DNA of 42,034 nucleotides, taken from the NCBI GenBank assembly GCA_017609695.1, contig JAFCDM010000016.1, positions 1-42,034 on the forward strand, read 5' to 3'. The translations under genes and the position numbers were made by a program. The number at the start of each line of letters is the position of its first letter. The stretch's first letter is position 1. The notes beneath the pieces were generated by a model. The model saw only the letters and a list, made by a program, of their open reading frames with translations. It had not been told where the DNA came from and searched no databases. The DNA is from Candidatus Pacearchaeota archaeon (GTDB taxonomy: Archaea > Nanobdellota > Nanobdellia > Pacearchaeales > GW2011-AR1). Below are positions 19,089 to 25,866 of this stretch, piece by piece.

Positions 19089-19388
19089 ATGGGGCAAAAA
19101 ACTAAACAAACTTATGTAAGAGAACTTCAAGAAATAAAGAGATTATTAAAAAAGGCGTTTAGGGAAAAAAGAAGTATTAAAATTAAATATTATAGCTTAT
19201 CTTCTGAGGAAGTTAGATACAGGGTAGTTGATATTTATCAAATGCACAAAGATTGTATAATCGCTTTTTGCCATTTAAGAGATGATGAAAGGACTTTTGT
19301 TATTGATAGAATTCATCAAGCAAGATTACTGGATGAAAATTATGAGATACCTAAGGATTGGAGTCCTGAGAGCATTATACTAAATTAA
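19089..19388 (+). CDS. Small standalone WYL-domain-like protein
   Basis: IKIKYYSLSSEEVRYRVVDIYQMHKDCIIAFCHLRDDERTFVIDRIHQARLL fits the WYL pattern (R.F.ldRI). ORF opens at GTG 19068; first ATG is 19089. Confidence 0.55.
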   Translation: MGQKTKQTYVRELQEIKRLLKKAFREKRSIKIKYYSLSSEEVRYRVVDIYQMHKDCIIAFCHLRDDERTFVIDRIHQARLLDENYEIPKDWSPESIILN

Positions 19389-19420
19389 AAAGTTCTCTTT
19401 AAATAAATAAAAGTTACGAG

Positions 19421-19452
19421 TTGTAGACAAAAATATAGAAAGATTTAAATAT
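19421..19452 (+). promoter_or_regulatory. 32-bp promoter module, copy 2, upstream of the antitoxin/toxin pair
   Basis: Identical to 13438-13469. Followed by two copies of the 17-nt unit taataaaagcttataaa with a 20-nt period (19452-19468 and 19472-19488), then ATG 19496. Confidence 0.7.
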
Positions 19453-19495
19453 AATAAAAGCTTATAAAAAGTAATAAAAGCTTATAAATTAAAAA

Positions 19496-19738
19496 ATGGC
19501 TCAGAATATTTTTGAAGTAGGAGAAAGAGAAAATAGAGTTCTTGGTATTGTTAAAGCTAAATATGGGCTAAAAAATAAAAATCAGGCTTTCAATTTAGTT
19601 ATTGAAGCTTTTGAACAAGAACTTCTTGAACCAGGAATAAAACCTGAATATTTAGAGAAATTAAAAAAAATTGATAAAGAAAAAGGAATAGTTTTTAAGG
19701 ATATCGAAGAATTAAAAGCTATCTTAGAATCAAAATAA
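19496..19738 (+). CDS. Putative antitoxin (small DNA-binding protein upstream of the RelE-like toxin)
   Basis: 80-aa ORF ending 22 nt before the toxin gene. Assignment is mainly by position. Confidence 0.55.
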   Translation: MAQNIFEVGERENRVLGIVKAKYGLKNKNQAFNLVIEAFEQELLEPGIKPEYLEKLKKIDKEKGIVFKDIEELKAILESK

Positions 19739-19760
19739 TTTCTAGATAAAAAAGAGGAAA

Positions 19761-20030
19761 ATGGATTATGAAATAAAACCAACTCTAAAGAGAACACTTA
19801 ATAAGATTTCTAAGAAAAATTTTCTAATGTATGAAAGAATCTTAAAAAAGATTCAAGAAGTAATTAACTCCAAGATAGACCATTATAAAAATTTAAGGCA
19901 TGATTTAAAGGAATTTAAAGGAGTTCAGGTTGGTTCTTTTGTTCTTGTTTTTAAATTTGTAAAATCAGAAAATAAAATATATTTTGAAGATTTTGATCAT
20001 CATGATAAAATTTATAATAAAAGTTTTTAG
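19761..20030 (+). CDS. RelE/ParE-superfamily toxin
   Basis: 89 aa. KRTLNKISKKN...LKKIQEV...LKEFKGVQVGSFVLVFKF..ENKIYFEDFDHHDKIY matches the RelE/YafQ layout. Confidence 0.65.
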   Translation: MDYEIKPTLKRTLNKISKKNFLMYERILKKIQEVINSKIDHYKNLRHDLKEFKGVQVGSFVLVFKFVKSENKIYFEDFDHHDKIYNKSF

Positions 20031-20076
20031 TAGAAAATAAGAAATAATCTTATTATGAACCTTAAGTTAAGTGCCC

Positions 20077-20115
20077 CGAAAGGGCTGAATCCTTGACCAA
20101 CTAGACGACAGGGGC
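20077..20115 (-). tRNA. tRNA-Glu(UUC)-like 5' half (nt 1-37 only; no 3' half present)
   Basis: Minus strand reads GCCCCTG-TC-GTCT-AGTTGGTCAA-GGAT-T-CAGCC-CTTTCG, then GGGCACTTAACTTAAGG. No GGCTG 3' anticodon-stem strand, T-arm or CAGGGGC acceptor 3' strand follows. Confidence 0.5.
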
Positions 20116-21030
20116 AAATTTATTTAATTTATTCAAATGACGCCGGTTTTTAAAGCTTATTGTTTTAATATATTTATTAATATCAGTTTTATTTCCAATA
20201 TAAGTATCGGCTCCTCTTGTTTTTTGAATATTCCATTTTGAGGTTTTAAAACCCAAAGTTTTCATGGCTTTTTTAAATGTATTTCTTAAATTTTCTATAT
20301 TACAAGTAAACCATATATATGGATAATCTCTTCCAGTTATGGGACAGACAGAACCGTCTGTGTCAATTAACCCCCTTATACAAGCTTTTAAATAATCTTC
20401 AGATTCAAAAATCCAATTAGGTATTTTTACATTATTTTTTTTCTTATTTCCAGAGGGAAGCCCAAAATGTTTAAGGGTAAAAATAACATCTTTATTCCCA
20501 ATTACAATAAATAATTCTCTGTTTGTTTTATGTTTTTTAGAGTACATTTTTACATTAAATAACTTCTCAACCAAAGGTTTAACATAATCCAATAAATATT
20601 CTTTATCTTTTTCACTATCCCCACAAATTCTAAGATAATAATATCCTCCTTTTTTGCACCATATGTTTCCATCTCCTAAAATTATTCCAATTAATTCTGC
20701 AAGCTCTTTTGACGGCTGTTTTATTAATAATTTTGGATTTCTAAAATTTGCTAATTTTCCCCCCTTAACTCTCCCCCAATTCTCTTCTAATATATTAACT
20801 ATATGTTTATCAAAATTGATATCTGATAATTTAGATAATTTATTGTATACTTGTCTGCTAATAGTTCTTTTTTCATTAGCAAGTTCATTAACAAGATAAT
20901 TACTAACCACTCCAATTTCTCTTCCTAATTTTTCCCAAGTAAAACTATTTTTATTTTTGACTAGGAGGATTAGCTTTCTTTGATAACCTTTTTTTAACCT
21001 TATCCTCATAAAATAAAAGAAGAATTGCAA
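20101..21030 (-). CDS. HTH + double-motif LAGLIDADG homing-endonuclease-like protein
   Basis: Motifs LIGIILGDGNI and IRGLIDTDGSV. The last 5 codons (GCC CCT GTC GTC TAG) are the first 15 nt of the tRNA-Glu-like half. Probable start is at MRIRLKKGYQ. Confidence 0.8.
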   Translation of the reverse strand: MQFFFYFMRIRLKKGYQRKLILLVKNKNSFTWEKLGREIGVVSNYLVNELANEKRTISRQVYNKLSKLSDINFDKHIVNILEENWGRVKGGKLANFRNPKLLIKQPSKELAELIGIILGDGNIWCKKGGYYYLRICGDSEKDKEYLLDYVKPLVEKLFNVKMYSKKHKTNRELFIVIGNKDVIFTLKHFGLPSGNKKKNNVKIPNWIFESEDYLKACIRGLIDTDGSVCPITGRDYPYIWFTCNIENLRNTFKKAMKTLGFKTSKWNIQKTRGADTYIGNKTDINKYIKTISFKNRRHLNKLNKFAPVV

Positions 21031-21087
21031 GTTTATAAATTTTATGCTTGGTAACTAGACTATATAATTAAAATTTGGAACAGAATC

Positions 21088-21510
21088 TTACTCAAGTATC
21101 CAAGTTTGGATAATGATAACAGCTATTGCAATAATACTAATGATTCCTTTTATTGCATCAAAAACAGGATTTTGTATTTGGATTTTTAATAAAGGAAGAC
21201 TAAATAAGATAGCAATGAATCCAATTATGGCTGTGGTTAAATGAGTAAAATTATTTGAAGTTAATTTTTTTGAAAGGGATTTTAAGGTTTTGATTCTTGC
21301 TTCAATTATTAATCCTAATCCAATAACCAATAACCATAAAGATTCTATATAATTTCCAATATCTTGGTTTAATATTGTTTTACTGGCAATTCCTAAAAAA
21401 CCAAGTATGCTAACTATAGACAAAGCGATTACAAACTTTTGAGAAACCTTTACTTTTCTCTCAGTTGTTTGCACTTCTTTAACTTGTTTTTTCTTTACCC
21501 CTTTTTTCAT
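21088..21510 (-). CDS. Small membrane protein (3-4 TM)
   Basis: 140-aa ORF with hydrophobic segments FVIALSIVSILGFLGIA, LWLLVIGLGLII, AIIGFIAILFSLPLL and IISIIAIAVIIIQTWIL. Confidence 0.6.
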   Translation of the reverse strand: MKKGVKKKQVKEVQTTERKVKVSQKFVIALSIVSILGFLGIASKTILNQDIGNYIESLWLLVIGLGLIIEARIKTLKSLSKKLTSNNFTHLTTAIIGFIAILFSLPLLKIQIQNPVFDAIKGIISIIAIAVIIIQTWILE

Positions 21511-21547
21511 TAAATAAAAAAGATAATTAGGTTTTTAAATATTTTGA

Positions 21548-21571
21548 AAGATAGTGAATGAGCCCACCAGG
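21548..21571. repeat. Direct copy of the tRNA-Ile 3' end plus trailer (24 nt, perfect)
   Basis: aagatagtgaatgagcccaccagg is identical to 21865-21888, which covers the 3' T-stem strand, the acceptor 3' strand, the discriminator and 11 nt of trailer of the intact tRNA. Confidence 0.9.
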
Positions 21572-21736
21572 TCCTAGACAATTCTTTTAGAATTCTCTGG
21601 AACCATCAAAAATGATAAACATTTTTGTGGCCACAAAAACCATAAAAGTTTTTGATGGCTTCAATTCTCTTTTTGATAACGAATTGAAGTATTTGAACCT
21701 GATACACTGGAACAAATCCAGGCATATCCTCTTTTA

Positions 21737-21758
21737 GGATATGAAATGAGCCCACTGG
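21737..21758. repeat. Degenerate third copy of the tRNA-Ile 3' end plus trailer
   Basis: ggatatgaaatgagcccactgg compared with gatagtgaatgagcccaccagg. A T-arm fragment, gtatttgaacctgatac, lies at about 21700-21716. Confidence 0.7.
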
Positions 21759-21875
21759 CTCAAGCTTTCAATTCTTTATTTATTTTTTTAAGATTGTAAA
21801 TTAAAAACTTTCGGAATTTGATACCTGCGGTTCAAATCTCTATTAGAATAATAACACTATCTAGAAGATAGTGAA

Positions 21876-21951
21876 TGAGCCCACCAGGATTTGAACCTGG
21901 GACCCCTGCCTTATAAGAGCAGTGCTCTAGACCAGACTGAGCTATGGGCTC
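21876..21951 (-). tRNA. tRNA-Ile (anticodon UAU)
   Basis: GAGCCCA/TGGGCTC acceptor stem, GCTC..GAGC D-stem, anticodon arm CTGCT-CTTATAA-GGCAG, T-arm CCAGG-TTCAAAT-CCTGG. 76 nt; no encoded CCA. Confidence 0.9.
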
Positions 21952-22021
21952 ATATAATCTCAATATAATATGTATATTTAAAGTTAATTATTTTTATTAA
22001 TAGATAAATCTTTCTTTAAAA

Positions 22022-22590
22022 ATGATAATTGGGTTAACAGGGAGGATTGCTTCTGGAAAAGGAGAAATTAAAGATTTTTTAGAAAAAAAGGGTTTAAATA
22101 TTGCACTATATCTCAAGTTATTAGGGAAGAAGCCTTAAAAAGGGGGATTGAGATTAAAAGAGAAAATCTTCAGGATTTAGGAAATGAAATTAGAAATATA
22201 GAAGGAACAAATGCTTGGATAAAAAGACTTATTGCGACAATTGATTTAAATGAAAATGTCATTATTGATGGGATAAGAAATCCTGGGGAAGTCGAAGAAT
22301 TAAAAAAAATAAAAAATTTCTTTTTAATTGCTGTTGATGCCCCACAAGAGAAAAGATATGAAAGGGTGAGAATGAGAACAAAACCTAGCGACCCTAAAAC
22401 TTGGGAAGAATTTCTAGAAATAGATAAAAGGGATTTTGGTGAAGCAGATTTAAAAGGACAACAGGTTTGTAAATGTATGGAAATGGCGGATTTTTATATT
22501 TTTAATAATTCCAGCATAAAAATACTCCTAAAAAGAATTGAAGAACTTTACTCTGAAATTTTAAAGAAACAAGAAAATTTTCAACTCTAA
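22022..22590 (+). pseudogene. Dephospho-CoA-kinase-like / nucleotide kinase P-loop protein, interrupted by a -1 frame break in an A7 run
   Basis: MIIGLTGRIASGKGEIKDFLEKK (frame 1, stop at 22136). It continues in the -1 frame as GFKYCTISQVIREEALKRGIEIKRENLQDLGNE...IIDGIRNPGEVEEL...QL*. The break is at gaaaaaaag, 22082-22090. Confidence 0.75.
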
Positions 22591-23214
22591 CTAATTTTTC
22601 ATATATCTCTTTTCCCATCCTGTCATATAATAATCTGGAATAGTAATTTTTTTTATCTTTTTTGTTTTTTTCTTTATATATCTTCTTAAAAATAAACCAA
22701 ATAAAAGTCCAACCCCCATTCCTGCTAAATGAGCGATATTCCCAACATTGCTCGGCATAAAGATTCCTAAAATATCCCCGATAACCCAAAGAATTGCAGC
22801 AATAAACATAGGCAAAATTAAACCAAAAGCCCACACCATCATCAAAGGTTTTATAATTGTTAAACATCCAATAATCCCCATGATTGCTCCACTAGCTCCT
22901 AATGAGGAAGGATAAAAATAAATACTGATTACATTTGCAAGAATTCCACTTGCAAAAAAGATAATTAAAAATCTTTTACTTCCAATTAATTTTTCTAAAG
23001 CAACACCAAAGAAAAATAATGCAAATAAATTATAAAGTAAGTGGGTTGTTCCCCCATGCAAAAAAATAGAACTTATATATCTCCAAAATTCTCCTTGAAA
23101 AACCATCTCATTTAAAACAAAAAACTCTGTAAATCCAGGAATAAAAATCTGTAAAATAAAAATCAAAATTATTAATAAACATAATTTTAATGAATAAAAT
23201 TTAATCTTTTTCAT
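22591..23214 (-). CDS. Rhomboid-family intramembrane serine protease
   Basis: GASGAIMGIIG (catalytic Ser) and AHLAGMGVGLLFG (catalytic His) in a 6-TM protein. Confidence 0.85.
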   Translation of the reverse strand: MKKIKFYSLKLCLLIILIFILQIFIPGFTEFFVLNEMVFQGEFWRYISSIFLHGGTTHLLYNLFALFFFGVALEKLIGSKRFLIIFFASGILANVISIYFYPSSLGASGAIMGIIGCLTIIKPLMMVWAFGLILPMFIAAILWVIGDILGIFMPSNVGNIAHLAGMGVGLLFGLFLRRYIKKKTKKIKKITIPDYYMTGWEKRYMKN

Positions 23215-23264
23215 GAGTGTTTAAAGATAATAATGCTTATTAAGTTTAATGATTTATTTTATTA

Positions 23265-23528
23265 ATGGGAAACTTATTAGATAAAACAGAATTGCCAAGT
23301 GTAGGAGAACTTGAAAGAAGAATTAATTTGATTCCAATTGTATTAAATAATGTTGAAAAACTTCAAGAATATTTAAAAAGCCTTCATAGACCACAACTTG
23401 CTACTTCTTTAGTTTATGTTTCTAATCAATTAAGTTCAGATTTACAAGCCTATGAAGCTGCCTTAGTAGATCCTTCTGATTACAAAGAAGCTGATGAGGT
23501 GGATGTTCCTGAAGAAAAAAACCATTAA
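23265..23528 (+). CDS. Hypothetical protein
   Basis: 87-aa ORF with no motif recognised. Confidence 0.45.
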   Translation: MGNLLDKTELPSVGELERRINLIPIVLNNVEKLQEYLKSLHRPQLATSLVYVSNQLSSDLQAYEAALVDPSDYKEADEVDVPEEKNH

Positions 23529-23736
23529 TTTTAAAAACCCTTTATCATACATTATATGACAATGAAAGTTAAATTTAGGGGGTCGCCCCATCACTAGAAA
23601 ACAAGATTTTTCTAGCTTAGCTTTTAATAATTCTACAAAAAATCTTTTAGATAACAACACTTTTATATACTTAAAATTTCAGGATAGTTTAATCGATAGT
23701 ACAAAAACTTATAAACTAAGGTGTTTTAGATTATTA

Positions 23737-24840
23737 ATGAATAAGAGGGTTAATTTTTTTAAAGGTTACCAGAAAAAATTTATAAATGATTTTAAAAAAC
23801 AATTTAATTTTAGTTGGAATGAATTTGCTAAAAAATTAAAAATAAATTCAAATACCTTAAGTAAATCTTATATGTTTGAACTATGTGATATTCCTTATGA
23901 TATTTTTAAGAAAATTATTAAGATAAGTAATAAAAGTGAAGAAGAGATCCTCAAAAAATACTATGCTAAAATAAAAGAAGAATCCTTAATTATTGGTAGA
24001 AAATGTTTTGGGGAACAAAGAAAAATTTTATATCCGATTAAAATATCTTTTAAAAATAAAAATTTAAAATTAGATACATCACAGATTAATTATAGTAAAT
24101 TTGATATAATCAAGAAAATAAAATTCCCTCGTAAATTAACTCCTGCATTAGCTGAGGAAATAGGAATGCAATTTGGAGATGGGTTCTTATCTGCAAAGAG
24201 ATATGATTATAGATTAAAGGGAAATCCAAAAGATGAAAAAGAATATTATAAAAATTATATAAAACCTTTATTTAAGAAATTATATAATCTAGATTTAAAT
24301 TTAAAAGAATCTTATAAAAGTTTTGGGTTTGAGTTATATTCTCAGGCTTTATGGGAATTTAAAACAAAGGTAATCGGAATAAAGCCTGGAAGAAAAGAAA
24401 AAATATCAATTCCTTCTACTTTAAAAGTTAATGATGAAAAAATTTTATGCTCATTTATAAGGGGTTTATTTGATACTGATGGATCTTTGTGTTTTAAAAC
24501 AAAATATGGATATGAAAGTTATTATCCTGAAATTGGAATTTCTTTAATATCAAAACATTTAATTAAAGAAGTTGGGGAGATATTAAAAATGTTAGGATTT
24601 AATCCTGGAATATATTTTAATAATAAATATGGAAGAATTTCCATATATGGAATAAATGCACTTAAAAAGTATGAAAACCTTATAGGTTGGAGTAGTCAAA
24701 AAAATTTAAAAAGACTAAATGACTGGAAAAAAAGATACCCTCAATTAAACAATATGGCGATTGTAGTTAAGTGGCAGAACACGCGGTTGTGGTCCGTGAG
24801 ACCCGAGTTCGATTCTCGGCTTTCGCTTTTAGGTTATTAA
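23737..24840 (+). CDS. HTH + double-motif LAGLIDADG homing-endonuclease-like protein (paralog of 20101-21030)
   Basis: Motifs LAEEIGMQFGDGFL and IRGLFDTDGSL. The N-terminus FFKGYQKKFI..F.W resembles that of the paralog. The open frame runs through the whole tRNA-His gene, so the true C-terminus is uncertain. Confidence 0.75.
   Translation: MNKRVNFFKGYQKKFINDFKKQFNFSWNEFAKKLKINSNTLSKSYMFELCDIPYDIFKKIIKISNKSEEEILKKYYAKIKEESLIIGRKCFGEQRKILYPIKISFKNKNLKLDTSQINYSKFDIIKKIKFPRKLTPALAEEIGMQFGDGFLSAKRYDYRLKGNPKDEKEYYKNYIKPLFKKLYNLDLNLKESYKSFGFELYSQALWEFKTKVIGIKPGRKEKISIPSTLKVNDEKILCSFIRGLFDTDGSLCFKTKYGYESYYPEIGISLISKHLIKEVGEILKMLGFNPGIYFNNKYGRISIYGINALKKYENLIGWSSQKNLKRLNDWKKRYPQLNNMAIVVKWQNTRLWSVRPEFDSRLSLLGY
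24756..24827 (+). tRNA. tRNA-His (anticodon GUG) with encoded G-1; acceptor stem has two U-U mismatches
   Basis: G-1, acceptor GCGATTG...CTTTCGC, anticodon arm CGCGG-TTGTGGT-CCGTG, T-arm CCGAG-TTCGATT-CTCGG, discriminator T. Pairs 5-68 and 6-67 are U-U. Confidence 0.65.
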
Positions 24841-24855
24841 AAAAAGGAGGATAAA

Positions 24856-25866
24856 ATGAAAGAAAATCAAGGGGAAGTTGAAAGAAGAATACCATCAGGT
24901 TGTTTTGTTAAAGGCTTTAGAGATATTAAAGCTGAAAAAAGAACAGCAATAAAAAATATAATTGAATCTATATTTAAGAGTTATAATTTTCAGTCATTTG
25001 AAACACCTATAATAGAATATGAAGAATTTGTTAAAGGCAATAATCAAAATGATGAAGCTATAAGCGATATATTTAAATTACAAGATAAAGGCAAAAGAAA
25101 ACTTGCTTTAAGGTATGAATTTACTTTTCAATTAAAAAGACTGGCTAAAAATAAAAAACTACCTTTTAAAAGATATCAAATTGGCTCTGTTTTTAGGGAT
25201 GAACCAATAACAAGTGGAAGATTTAGACAATTTACACAATGTGATGTTGATGTTGTAGGCTCCACCATTAAGGATGAAGCAGAAATCTTAAAAATTGTTT
25301 CAGAAATCTTTAATAAACTAAATATTAAATTCATAATTCAGGTTAATAATAGAAAACTCTTAAATGAAATCTTACAAGAATTAAAAATAAATGAAAAAGA
25401 TAAACTTGATGTTATTAAAGAGATTGATAAATTAGATAAACTTTCTGAAAAAGAAATAAGAAAAAACTTAAGAAAATATAATGCTGAAAAGATTTTATCT
25501 GTATTTAAAAAACCAGAAAAATATTTTGAAAAGTATAATGCATATCAAGAGATAAAAGAATTAAAAAAATATTGTAAAATGTTTGGTGTCAAGATTGTTT
25601 TTCAATCTTCTTTAGCCAGAGGGCTTTCATATTATAATGGGACTGTTTTTGAGGTAAAAACAAAAGAAATTAAAGAAACACTTGCTGGAGGGGGCTCTTA
25701 TCTAATAAATGGAATTCAATCAACCGGAATTGCTTTTGGATTAGATAGATTGGAACTTGTTTCAAATTTAGATATAAAAGAAAAAAAAATCTTAATTATT
25801 TCAATTAATCAAGATAAAAAAGCAATTCAAATAGATTTATTATGGAAAACCAAGAAAAGGGCTTGA
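24856..25866 (+). CDS. hisS: Histidine--tRNA ligase, N-terminal 325-aa part (frame broken near 25834)
   Basis: Class II motifs: KRYQIGSVFRDEPITSGRFRQFTQCDVDVVG, RGLSYYNGTVFE, GGGSY, GIAFGLDRL. AGGAGG SD upstream. Confidence 0.85.
   Translation: MKENQGEVERRIPSGCFVKGFRDIKAEKRTAIKNIIESIFKSYNFQSFETPIIEYEEFVKGNNQNDEAISDIFKLQDKGKRKLALRYEFTFQLKRLAKNKKLPFKRYQIGSVFRDEPITSGRFRQFTQCDVDVVGSTIKDEAEILKIVSEIFNKLNIKFIIQVNNRKLLNEILQELKINEKDKLDVIKEIDKLDKLSEKEIRKNLRKYNAEKILSVFKKPEKYFEKYNAYQEIKELKKYCKMFGVKIVFQSSLARGLSYYNGTVFEVKTKEIKETLAGGGSYLINGIQSTGIAFGLDRLELVSNLDIKEKKILIISINQDKKAIQIDLLWKTKKRA

Noticed and set aside
13040-21900. Integrase or transposase that would define the accessory region as an intact mobile element
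   Set aside because: No ORF shows tyrosine or serine recombinase or DDE transposase motifs. Only scars and a decayed nuclease gene are visible.
23463-23660. 65-aa minus-strand ORF
   Set aside because: It overlaps the 3' end of the 23265-23528 ORF and has no start context. The region contains hairpins (GGGG-TCG-CCCC and CTAGAAAA/TTTTCTAG) more consistent with a terminator zone.
20101-24840. LAGLIDADG ORFs as intron-encoded endonucleases inside tRNA genes
   Set aside because: Both ORFs lie upstream of tRNA nt 1 rather than between exons. No 5' exon fragment or bulge-helix-bulge motif was found upstream of either ORF.
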